Assembly: GCA_017501245.1 (NCBI GenBank)
Contig: JAFVXI010000013.1
Location: 410,335-474,334 of the forward strand
Direction of reading: 5' to 3'
DNA: 64,000 nt
DNA from: Clostridia bacterium
GTDB lineage: Bacteria; Bacillota; Clostridia; Oscillospirales; CAG-272
Shown here: in pieces, positions 1 to 8,113 of the stretch
How positions within the stretch are numbered: the stretch's first letter is position 1
Layout: every line of letters begins with the position of its first letter
Position numbers and translations under genes: made by a program
The notes under the pieces: generated by a model
Databases searched by the model: none
What the model was told of the DNA's origin: nothing
Seen by the model: the letters and a program-made list of their open reading frames with translations, nothing else

Positions 1-1
1 C

Positions 2-193
2 GGCGAATATTATCTCTACGGTCTCTCCATCGAGGAGAGCCATAGAGCGGCGTTTATTCACGCTATAATGTTAGGTAAGGTTGACAAAAACGAGCTTATC
101 GAGCAGGATAAGCATCTTTCGGCGCTCGTTGCCGCCGTCCATAGATCAAACGAAAGCGGCGAGTGCGAGAGCATTTCGGGAGGTGCGGTATGA
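2..193 (+). CDS. 3' end of an unidentified upstream CDS (partial, runs off the window)
   Basis: Frame 2 is open from the window edge to TGA 191-193. This stop overlaps the ATG (190-192) of the next gene as ATGA, typical operon coupling. No family recognised from the roughly 63 C-terminal residues. Confidence 0.3.
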   Translation, partial: GEYYLYGLSIEESHRAAFIHAIMLGKVDKNELIEQDKHLSALVAAVHRSNESGECESISGGAV

Positions 194-1305
194 GAGAAAT
201 AAAGCCTATCAAGATAGCCATCCTCTCCTGCAGCCACGGCCACGCAAAGGGGTATTATTCCTTAAAGGACGATCCCTTCTACGAGCTTGTCGGCGTTTCG
301 GTCGAGCCGGGCTACCGCCCGTTAGCCAAGCTTGAGCTGCTTGGCGACGTCCCTACCTACGACAGCGACGAGGAGCTTTATCTTGCGCATCCCGAGATCG
401 AGGCGGTCGTCATCGCCAGCGCAAACCGCAAGCACATCTATCAGGTGCGCGAGGCGGTCAGACGTGGGCTGCACATCTATTCGATGAAGGTGCCGACCTA
501 CGATCTTGATGAATACCGTGAGATGATAGATCTGACAGAGGCGGCAGGCCTCGTCTGCCAGGTAGAGCTTGAGATGAGGCATCACACCGAGATCTACCGT
601 GTCAAGGAGCTTATCGAGTCGGGCGCTATCGGAGAGCTTCTCTCCGTAAATATGCTCAACTATTCGCACAACCCCGGCTGGTGGCGCCCCTGGCAGGTCT
701 CTCCCGAGGAGAGCTGGGGCAAGCGTGAGAGGATCAGCCCGGACAGCCCGCTTTACCGTGGCGGCGCCCTCGCCGATCATCCCCACGTTTTCGACCTTGC
801 CAGGTTCCTCACCGGCAGCACCTTCGAGAGCGTGCATGCAGAGGTCGCACCTAATCTCCGAGCGCTTGAAACCGAGGATCTCATCCGTGTTATGGGCAGG
901 ATGAAGTCGGGCGTTCTGTTCTCGATCGACCCCTCCTACGCAAACGACGAGCATAAGGTCGTCACGCAGGTCAACTGGGAAAAATACCCCCGCTGCGTCG
1001 AGGTCACCCTCAACGTCGTCGGCTCCAAGGGCTCGATAATCGCCGACCTCTACGGCAGAGCCTTCTCCAGCCAGAGGGACGAGGGAGGCTACTACCTCTC
1101 GAGCGGCCCCGGCACCGTCGGCCTTTGGAACAGAAGGATGCAGGAGTTCTACGAGTGCGTCCGCTTCGGCATGAAGCCCCCGGTCGGACTCAGAGAGCAC
1201 TACGAGTCCATCGTCGCTATGGTCGCCGCCTACGAGAGCGCCTACACGGGCAAGACCGTCAAGCTTGATTTTGACGAGCCCGTCGCCCTCGACAGCACCT
1301 ATTGA
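190..1305 (+). CDS. Gfo/Idh/MocA-like NAD(P)-dependent oxidoreductase (predicted)
   Basis: ORF 163..1305, with the start moved to ATG 190 (GGGAGGTG just upstream). N-terminal IKIAILSCSHGHAKGY nucleotide-binding-like segment and two-domain size of about 370 aa. Family assigned by eye only. Confidence 0.6.
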   Translation: MREIKPIKIAILSCSHGHAKGYYSLKDDPFYELVGVSVEPGYRPLAKLELLGDVPTYDSDEELYLAHPEIEAVVIASANRKHIYQVREAVRRGLHIYSMKVPTYDLDEYREMIDLTEAAGLVCQVELEMRHHTEIYRVKELIESGAIGELLSVNMLNYSHNPGWWRPWQVSPEESWGKRERISPDSPLYRGGALADHPHVFDLARFLTGSTFESVHAEVAPNLRALETEDLIRVMGRMKSGVLFSIDPSYANDEHKVVTQVNWEKYPRCVEVTLNVVGSKGSIIADLYGRAFSSQRDEGGYYLSSGPGTVGLWNRRMQEFYECVRFGMKPPVGLREHYESIVAMVAAYESAYTGKTVKLDFDEPVALDSTY

Positions 1306-1527
1306 TCCGTGGCGGGTCTTAGCGCAAAACGGTAGACCGCCCGTCGCTGTATACCCCCGTGAGCGTAGCTTTCGCCATCGGATGACGATGCTTTTGGTCG
1401 CTCAGCCACGGTGCGCATCTCGCCACTATCGGCTGGCGGCACTTACGGCTATTATCCCCCACGTGCATAGGCGGATCTCGGCGCAAAACGGTAGACAAAT
1501 CTGAATATGAAAACGAAATAAAAAAAA

Positions 1528-1612
1528 GAAGAGAGAACTCTTTAGGTTATCAGCCTCCATCAAAAGCTCTGCGGCTTGTTTTTGGCTGATGCCGATCGGT
1601 TCTCTCTTTTTT
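1528..1612. terminator. long nested hairpin flanked by an A-run and a T-run (possible bidirectional terminator)
   Basis: GAAGAGAGAAC (1528-1538) pairs with GTTCTCTCT (1599-1607). Inner stem ATCAGCC (1549-1555) pairs with GGCTGAT (1584-1590). A-run 1519-1527, T-run 1607-1612. Confidence 0.4.
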
Positions 1613-1802
1613 ACCCGAATAACCGAGCGCTTTTGACTACGGTTGACGGGAGATATGATCTGTTTTTTTGTGTTTTTGCGCTACTCCGTGTGGGAGCGGC
1701 CAAGGGGGCTTTCGTTGCTTTTTAGCCCGCATCTGCTAAAATATGTAAATCAAATTTGTCAAAAATGATGCTGTCGGCGCTCCGATGCGGGAGACATAGG
1801 CA

Positions 1803-2657
1803 TCATTTTTTATATCTCAGCGCATAAAAGGCAACGGCTCCCGCCGATGCTACGTTTAGCGAGTCTACTCCGTGATACATCGGGATCTTGGCAGTGTAGT
1901 CACAGTCGGCGATGGTGGTTTTTGAAAGGCCGTCGCCCTCCGTGCCGAGAACTATCGCAAGCCTCTCCTCATTCTCAAGCCTTGGGTCGTCTATAAGCAC
2001 GGTGTTATCCGAGAGGGCCATAGCCACGGTCTTGAAGCCTGCCTCGCGGAGCTGCTCGAGCCCCGGGTGTGGCCAGTCCTTGTGCGTTTTGCCTATCCTG
2101 CCCCACGGGACCTGCATTACCGTTCCCATGCTCACTCTCACAGCCCTGCGGCAGAGCGGGTCACAGCAGCTCGGCGTAACCAGAACGGCGTCAATACCCA
2201 GTGCCGCCGCCGCACGGAAGATGGCTCCGATGTTAGTCGAGTCGGCTATGTTTTCAAGCACGGCGACCCTGTGTGCGCCCTCGAGCAGCTCGCTGAGCTC
2301 TGGCAGCACAGGCCTCCTCATTGCGCAAAGCGCACCTCGCGTCAGCTCAAAGCCCGTCAGCCCCGTAAGCACCTCACGCTCTGCCGTATAGATCGGGATT
2401 TCTCTGCCGCTCTCATCGGCTATCCTGTCTAACCTCTCTATAATTGAGGCGACGGCTCCGTTTATCAGCCTCTCGTCGGTCAGGAGGGCAACGGGCTCGC
2501 AGCCCGCATTGAGCGCCACCTCTATAACCGTCGGGCTCTCGGCGATAAAGATCCCCGCCTCGGGCTCAAGCTTGTTTCTTAGCTGCGCTCCCGTCAGCCT
2601 GACAAATACGTCAAGCTCGGGTCCGTCAAAGCTCTCTATTTTAATAAAATCCGTCAT
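1803..2657 (-). CDS. TrmH/SpoU-family RNA 2'-O-methyltransferase
   Basis: SpoU motifs NIGAIFRAAAALG, IVLGTEGDGLS and IPMYHGVDSLNVASAGAVAFY. GAGGT Shine-Dalgarno before ATG 2657. Confidence 0.85.
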   Translation of the reverse strand: MTDFIKIESFDGPELDVFVRLTGAQLRNKLEPEAGIFIAESPTVIEVALNAGCEPVALLTDERLINGAVASIIERLDRIADESGREIPIYTAEREVLTGLTGFELTRGALCAMRRPVLPELSELLEGAHRVAVLENIADSTNIGAIFRAAAALGIDAVLVTPSCCDPLCRRAVRVSMGTVMQVPWGRIGKTHKDWPHPGLEQLREAGFKTVAMALSDNTVLIDDPRLENEERLAIVLGTEGDGLSKTTIADCDYTAKIPMYHGVDSLNVASAGAVAFYALRYKK

Positions 2658-2934
2658 ATATTACCTCACTTCCGTCAGCCCAACCTAAAACCACCAAAAT
2701 GCCAACAATAATTAGCAAAATTCCCGTCAAGCCGACTCTGAATCCTTCGCTCAGCGCAGCCTTTGCCGCAGATATATTCGCATGATCAATACAGCCTCTG
2801 CCGCAGCCATACTCGTCGCTCGGCGCAGCCTCCGCTACAGATATATTCGCACGATCGGTACAGCCTTTGCCGCAGCCATACTCGTCGCTCATCGCAGCGT
2901 GTGTCACATCTGTATTCTTCCGCTCAGCGCACAA
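2641..2934 (-). CDS. hypothetical small protein: duplicated SDEYGCG(K/R)GC motif plus a C-terminal TM helix
   Basis: 97-aa ORF whose stop overlaps the trmH-family start region by 17 nt. Two copies of the motif SDEYGCGxGCxDxANIS are encoded by a roughly 69-bp DNA tandem repeat. Hydrophobic segment VGLTGILLIIVGILVVLGW. No family recognised and the start is uncertain. Confidence 0.3.
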   Translation of the reverse strand: MCAERKNTDVTHAAMSDEYGCGKGCTDRANISVAEAAPSDEYGCGRGCIDHANISAAKAALSEGFRVGLTGILLIIVGILVVLGWADGSEVIYDGFY

Positions 2935-3079
2935 GACGTCGGGTGTGCCATCCGACGACTAGGTATATTTTATCATATTTTTGTCCGTCTGTCGAGGGCT
3001 TTTCCTAAAATCAGATCAATTGCGCCCGCATCTTATTAATCAAATGGAAGCGCTTGATCATATTTGATCAGCTAAGGGC

Positions 3080-3108
3080 TTGACAAATACCCCCTGGGGG
3101 TATATAAT
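3080..3108 (+). promoter_or_regulatory. sigma-A type promoter of csoR-copA with an embedded CsoR-type operator
   Basis: TTGACA 3080-3085, 17-nt spacer, TATAAT 3103-3108. The spacer is the near-perfect GC-rich palindrome ATACCCCCTGGGGGTAT (3087-3103), which matches the ATACCC..GGGTAT style of known CsoR operators. Confidence 0.75.
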
Positions 3109-3117
3109 AAGTGTAGA

Positions 3118-3187
3118 GTGGAAAGTGGAAAGTTGAAAGTGGAAAGTTGAAAGTGGAAAGTTGAAAGTTGAAAGTGAAGAGTTAAAG
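3118..3187 (+). repeat. 10 tandem heptads GTGGAAA/GTTGAAA in the csoR 5' leader
   Basis: Heptads start at 3118, 3125, 3132 ... 3181, alternating GTGGAAA and GTTGAAA and decaying to GTGAAGA and GTTAAAG. They lie directly downstream of the -10 box. Confidence 0.9.
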
Positions 3188-3215
3188 GTGCGGCGGTGCC
3201 GCAGGAGGGATAGAT

Positions 3216-3512
3216 ATGGCAGAATGCTGTAAAAAAAGAAAAAAGCTTCGAGAGCCCGACGAGATGCGTGCTCTTGAAAACAGGTTGAAGCGCATAGAGG
3301 GGCAGGTGCGCGGCGTGCGCACTATGCTCGAGGAGGAGGCGTATTGCGTGGACGTGCTTACGCAGGTTTCGGCTATCTCCTCGGCGCTCGACGCCTTTAC
3401 ACGTCAGCTGCTCGCCTCGCACATCAGAAGCTGCGTGGTTGAGGACATAAAAGCAGGAAGGGAGGACGCCCCCGACGAGCTTGTCGATCTCGTCGGCAGG
3501 CTGATCAGATAA
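3216..3512 (+). CDS. csoR: CsoR/RcnR-family copper-sensing transcriptional repressor
   Basis: 98 aa. Helical LENRLKRIEGQVRGV core, with Cys (YCVDVL) and His/Cys (SHIRSC) metal ligands in the positions typical of CsoR. AGGAGGG SD. The stop overlaps the copA ATG (TAATG). Confidence 0.9.
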   Translation: MAECCKKRKKLREPDEMRALENRLKRIEGQVRGVRTMLEEEAYCVDVLTQVSAISSALDAFTRQLLASHIRSCVVEDIKAGREDAPDELVDLVGRLIR

Positions 3513-6061
3513 TGTTAAAATTCCGTGTCACGGGTATGAGCTGCGCCGCCTGCTCCGCAAGGGTGGAGAAGGCCGCTTCGGCGGTCGAGGGCGTGCGCTC
3601 CTGCTCGGTAAATCTTCTTACGGGCGAGATGCAGATAGAGGGCGAGGCATCCGCCGATGCGGTGATCGCCGCCGTGCGTGATGCCGGCTACGGAGCCTCG
3701 GAGCAGGGCAGGCGCTCTGCCGCCCCCGAGGACGAGCTTGAGGATAAGGAGAGCCCACGCCTCGTCGCAAGGCTGATCGCCTCGCTCGCATTTCTCCTGC
3801 CGCTTATGTATTTTTCGATGGGGCATATGCTAGGTGCTCCACTCCCCGAGCCTCTCGTCAGGGCTCCCGTGTCGATTGCGCTCATACAGCTGCTTCTCTC
3901 GGGCGCAGTTATGGTCGTTAATTCAAAATTCTTTATAAACGGAGTAAAGGGCGTGCTTCACGGCGCCCCGAATATGGACACGCTCGTTTCGCTCGGCTCC
4001 GCCGCATCCTTCCTTTACAGCGTGGCGGTAACCTTCTCGATGATCCTCACCGAGGCGTCGGGCGGTGATGCGCACAAGATGCTCCACGGGCTCTACTTTG
4101 AATCTGCCGCAATGATCCTAGCGCTCATAACCGTCGGCAAGCTCCTCGAGGCAAAGGCAAAGGGCAAAACGACGGCGTCGCTCCGCTCGCTCTTAATGCT
4201 GAAGCCAAGGTCGGCGACTATCCTTCGTGACGGGGTCGAGGTCGTAGTCGGTATAGACGAGCTTAGCCTCGGCGACAGCTTCGTCGTCAGGGCAGGGGAC
4301 AGCATTCCGACCGACGGCGTTATCCTCTCGGGCGAGGGCTCTGTAAACGAGGCTATGCTCACGGGCGAGAGCATCCCCGCCGATAAAAGGGAGGGCGACA
4401 AGGTCTATGGCGCAACGCAGGTCACCTCGGGCTATCTCGTCTGCCGTGTTACCGAGGTCGGTGAGGAAACGGCTCTCTCGGCAATCATAAGGATGGTCAA
4501 GGAGGCTTCCTCCTCCAAGGCGCCCATCGCCAAGCTTGCCGACAGGGTGTCGGGCGTGTTTGTGCCCGTCGTGCTTATTATATCCGCCGTAACTCTTGCC
4601 GCCTGGCTGCTCCTTGATGCCGGCTTCGGCTACGCTATCGGCAGGGCGGTCAGCGTGCTGGTCATCTCCTGCCCCTGCGCTCTCGGGCTTGCAACCCCCG
4701 TCGCCATAATGGTCGGCACGGGCGTTGGCGCAAGGCGTGGGGTGCTTTATAAGTCCGCCGCCGCTCTTGAGCGTGCAGGCAGGATAAAGACCGTCGTTCT
4801 CGACAAGACGGGAACTATCACAACCGGTAAAATGAGCGTCAAGGCTCTCTATGCGCCCATCGGCGAGGATGAGCTTCTCTCGCTCGCCCATTCGCTTGAA
4901 TATTATTCCGAGCATCCGCTCGGGCGTGCCGTAGTTGAATACGCAAGGGAGCGTGGCGTAGATAGGCGTGAGCTATCCGCCTTCAAGACCCTCTCCGGCA
5001 GGGGCGTTTGTGCGAGCCTCGATGGCATCCCGGTCTACGGAGTATCCTTCGACTATGCAAAAACGCTAACAAACATTGACAAAAACGCAGAAAAAGCCTA
5101 TCTTGACTTCGCCGAGAGCGGTATGACTCCGATAGCCTTTATCAAGGGCGGCACCCTCTATGGTATGATAGCAGTTGCCGACAGCCCAAAGGCGGGGGCG
5201 AGAGAGGCAATAGGGCATCTCTCGGATATGGGCATCTCTGCGGTTATGCTCACGGGTGACAACGAGATCTCTGCCACAGCCATAGCAAGGGAGGTCGGCA
5301 TAGAGAGGGTCATCGCCGGCGTTCTCCCCGACGGCAAGGAGAGGGTCATAAGAGAGCTATCCCGCGAGGGGGCTGTCGCCATGGTCGGCGATGGAATAAA
5401 CGATGCGCCCTCGCTTGCGGCGGCAGACCTCGGCATAGCCGTCGGATGCGGCACGGACGTTGCCATAGATGCGGCTGACGTCGTCCTGATGAGGGATTCG
5501 CTGTCGGACATCCCCACCGCCATCTCTCTCGGCAGAAGGACGCTGCTTAACATTAAGGAAAACCTCGCCTGGGCATTCGTCTATAACCTCATCGGCATCC
5601 CGATGGCGGCAGGGCTCTTCGGCCTTGCACTCGACCCGATGTTCGGTGCTCTGGCTATGAGCCTCTCATCCTTCTCAGTGGTTATGAACGCTCTGAGGCT
5701 GGGTCTCTTCCGCCCGAGCTGGGAGAGGAGAGCCGAGAAGCGCTCCACCGTCACGGATATGACCGAGTGCTCAATAAACGGTGCTGAGCAGGACACTGCC
5801 GCGGGCGGCGATAATTCACAAATCAATAAAAATGAAAATAAGGAGAACGAAACAATGACAAATGCAGTAATGAAGGTCGAGGGCATGATGTGCCCCCACT
5901 GCGAGGCAAGGGTAAAGAAGACGCTCGAGGCGTTTGATTGCGTCGTCGAGGCTACCCCCAGCCACAAGGATGGAACCGTCGCCCTCACGCTGAAGGACGG
6001 TGCGGACCTCGCCGCACTCTCTGCCGCTGTAACCGAGGCGGGATATCCTGCGGAGTTATGA
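3512..6061 (+). CDS. copA: copper-translocating P1B-type ATPase with N-terminal HMA and an extra C-terminal HMA (CopZ-like) domain
   Basis: GMSCAACSARVEKA (HMA), SCPCALGLATP (CPC), DKTGTIT, MVGDGINDAPSL. C-terminal MKVEGMMCPHCEARVKK is a second HMA domain, reached through an AT-rich low-complexity linker. Confidence 0.95.
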   Translation: MLKFRVTGMSCAACSARVEKAASAVEGVRSCSVNLLTGEMQIEGEASADAVIAAVRDAGYGASEQGRRSAAPEDELEDKESPRLVARLIASLAFLLPLMYFSMGHMLGAPLPEPLVRAPVSIALIQLLLSGAVMVVNSKFFINGVKGVLHGAPNMDTLVSLGSAASFLYSVAVTFSMILTEASGGDAHKMLHGLYFESAAMILALITVGKLLEAKAKGKTTASLRSLLMLKPRSATILRDGVEVVVGIDELSLGDSFVVRAGDSIPTDGVILSGEGSVNEAMLTGESIPADKREGDKVYGATQVTSGYLVCRVTEVGEETALSAIIRMVKEASSSKAPIAKLADRVSGVFVPVVLIISAVTLAAWLLLDAGFGYAIGRAVSVLVISCPCALGLATPVAIMVGTGVGARRGVLYKSAAALERAGRIKTVVLDKTGTITTGKMSVKALYAPIGEDELLSLAHSLEYYSEHPLGRAVVEYARERGVDRRELSAFKTLSGRGVCASLDGIPVYGVSFDYAKTLTNIDKNAEKAYLDFAESGMTPIAFIKGGTLYGMIAVADSPKAGAREAIGHLSDMGISAVMLTGDNEISATAIAREVGIERVIAGVLPDGKERVIRELSREGAVAMVGDGINDAPSLAAADLGIAVGCGTDVAIDAADVVLMRDSLSDIPTAISLGRRTLLNIKENLAWAFVYNLIGIPMAAGLFGLALDPMFGALAMSLSSFSVVMNALRLGLFRPSWERRAEKRSTVTDMTECSINGAEQDTAAGGDNSQINKNENKENETMTNAVMKVEGMMCPHCEARVKKTLEAFDCVVEATPSHKDGTVALTLKDGADLAALSAAVTEAGYPAEL

Positions 6062-6200
6062 TTGGCTGACGCCACGTTATGAGATACTGACGTATCGTTA
6101 TGAGCTTGCGGAGCAAGCGTTATGATTGGCTGACGCCACGTTATGATTGGCTGACGCTGCGTTATGAGATACTGACGCATCGTTATCGGCTTGCGGCAAA
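6055..6200 (+). repeat. array of 7 units (period 21-22 nt): GTTATGA heptamer plus mini-hairpin
   Basis: GTTATGA starts at 6055, 6076, 6097, 6119, 6140, 6161 and 6182 (the last is GTTATCG). Between heptamers lie short inverted repeats such as GATAC-tgac-GTATC and GCTTGC-gga-GCAAGC. The first heptamer contains the copA stop codon. Confidence 0.85.
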
Positions 6201-6206
6201 AGAAAA

Positions 6207-6250
6207 AGCAGGAGTAGAGGGCACATGCCTTTTACTCCTGCTGTCTTTAT
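6207..6250. terminator. bidirectional intrinsic terminator between copA and the permease gene
   Basis: 10-bp stem AGCAGGAGTA (6207-6216) / TACTCCTGCT (6233-6242), preceded by AAAAGAAAAA and followed by a T-rich tract. Confidence 0.7.
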
Positions 6251-6300
6251 ATAGGTGATATGGGGTTGATGCGGTGTGAGCTCACACGGGGCGTGAGGGC

Positions 6301-7842
6301 TTACGCCTCCTCGGTCTCAGCCTCCGCGACTATCTCGACCTCGATCTCAGCCTCGTCCTCGCCGTCAGCGCTCTCGTTGAGTGCCTCGGGCTCGGTGTCG
6401 TCAGCCTTTTTTGCAAAGAGCTTGACGGCCTTGAGCTTGCCTATGAGCTTGTCCATGATAGCGGGCTTGCCATCCTTGCGGTAGAAGAGAACGCCGAATG
6501 CCATAACTACGGCAAACACGATCAGATACCAGACGTTAGCCATCTTGTGGCTGATGATAGATGCGGTAACGATGATAGCCGCACCGAGGATAGAGAGGAT
6601 GGGAAGCACGAAGCGCTTAACGGGATGGACGTCCTTTGCCTTGAGCATAAACACAACGAGGATAGGAACGTACAGAGGATAGATCGTAACGATCGGAAGC
6701 TCGGAGGAGTCGAATGCATAGTTGCCAAACCAGCCGAAGAACTGTCCGCCGACGAAATAAGCAAACCAGATGATGCATGCCAGCAGTGCGACCGATGCCG
6801 AGTTGTTGGGCATGTTGGTCTTTTTGTCAACCTGCTCGAAGGTCTCGGGGGAGATACCCTCGTTTCTGACCGAAAGGGCGTAGAATCCACGGGTGCAGCC
6901 GAGCATAAGTCCGTTAAGAGTTCCAAGGCAGGAGACGATGATAAGCACGTTGATGATAGCGGCGATGGCAGGGCCGAAGAACTTGAACGCCGAGGTCGTG
7001 CCCTCGCTGCCGAGCGTGCCGATGCCCTCAAGGCCGAGAACGCCTATGTAGTAAAGAACGTAAGCCGTAACGATAATAGCAGCGCCGATGCCGAGAGCAA
7101 TGGGGAGATTTTTCTTCGAGTCCTTGATCTCTGCGTTGATGGTGGTCGCTATGATCCAGCCCTCGTAAGCAAAGACGGTGCAGCAAACTGCGGTAAAGAG
7201 GCTGCCTGCGCCAACTGCCGTGCCCGTGCCTGCAAACTCCTGGCCTGCATTCTCTGCGACGAAGCCGAAGTTCTCTACGAGCGTTCCGTTAACGAGTCCG
7301 ATGACGGTTCCCACAATGGCGATAAAGCAGATGGGAACGAGCTTGATCACCGTCGTCGAAACCTGGAACTTACCTGCCAGCTTAGGAGCGATAGCGTTCA
7401 TAAAGTAGATGACTATGAGATAGACGGCCGCCAGAGCCATGCACTCTGCGCTCATCATGTTCTCAAGCGAGTCAGCGCCCGTGATCGCCGCAAGCGTATA
7501 CCTTGCCGAAACCCACGCAAGCACCGAGGTCATAGCGGGATAATATATAAGCGATAAGAACCAACCGAGGAAATATGCGTAGGTCTTTCCGCAGGTCGCC
7601 TCGGCGTAGTCCACGACGCCGCCGACTTTTTCGTATTTAGTCGCCATAACGCCGAAGGTTACCGCAAGCACCGCCATAACGGCGCCGCCAATGACCCAGG
7701 CAAGCACGCCCATAAGCGCATCGCCCGCCGTAGCCGAGAGAACGTTCTGAGCCTTGAAGAAGATTCCGGAGCCGATAACGATTCCGACAACCATGCATAT
7801 AGCCGTAAACAGGCCGTATTTCCTTTGTAGCTTGTTGTTCAT
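6301..7842 (-). CDS. APC-superfamily amino acid permease with an acidic C-terminal tail
   Basis: 513 aa. About 12 hydrophobic segments. N-terminal GLFTAICMVVGIVIGSGIFF is typical of APC permeases. Asp/Glu-rich C-terminus. Confidence 0.85.
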   Translation of the reverse strand: MNNKLQRKYGLFTAICMVVGIVIGSGIFFKAQNVLSATAGDALMGVLAWVIGGAVMAVLAVTFGVMATKYEKVGGVVDYAEATCGKTYAYFLGWFLSLIYYPAMTSVLAWVSARYTLAAITGADSLENMMSAECMALAAVYLIVIYFMNAIAPKLAGKFQVSTTVIKLVPICFIAIVGTVIGLVNGTLVENFGFVAENAGQEFAGTGTAVGAGSLFTAVCCTVFAYEGWIIATTINAEIKDSKKNLPIALGIGAAIIVTAYVLYYIGVLGLEGIGTLGSEGTTSAFKFFGPAIAAIINVLIIVSCLGTLNGLMLGCTRGFYALSVRNEGISPETFEQVDKKTNMPNNSASVALLACIIWFAYFVGGQFFGWFGNYAFDSSELPIVTIYPLYVPILVVFMLKAKDVHPVKRFVLPILSILGAAIIVTASIISHKMANVWYLIVFAVVMAFGVLFYRKDGKPAIMDKLIGKLKAVKLFAKKADDTEPEALNESADGEDEAEIEVEIVAEAETEEA

Positions 7843-8113
7843 TTTAGTTTCCGTCCTTAAATTTTACTTTAATCTCCGGGAAAAAGAGAATAAGTGCATA
7901 CATTATAACATATCCGTGACAGCTTGTAAAGAGGTATTTTTATGTTTTTAGCGATGAATTTTAGCATGCGTTTTGCTCTAGAGGCACGGAGCGCAGGTGG
8001 ACGGGCGGCGTCGGGTGCGGTCGGCGAGAGCTTTTTTATCTTGTGGGCTTTACTTTCCCCGCCTCCTTTGCTATAATGATTAAAGAAGATAAAAGCCGAG
8101 AGGTATAGAGAAA

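Noticed and set aside
322-1200. 292-aa minus-strand ORF, and similarly 9023..9727, 11295..11963 and 13143..14456 on the plus strand
   Set aside because: Antisense to the oxidoreductase and the heparinase-like paralogs, with no independent support.
7843-8113. Riboswitch upstream of the amino acid permease
   Set aside because: A consensus-like promoter (TTTACA..TGTTATAAT on the minus strand, about 7905-7935) leaves a leader of only about 55 nt. The GC-rich hairpin GCTCT..AGAGC plus T-run at about 7975-8036 lies upstream of that promoter and matches no riboswitch core that I recognise.
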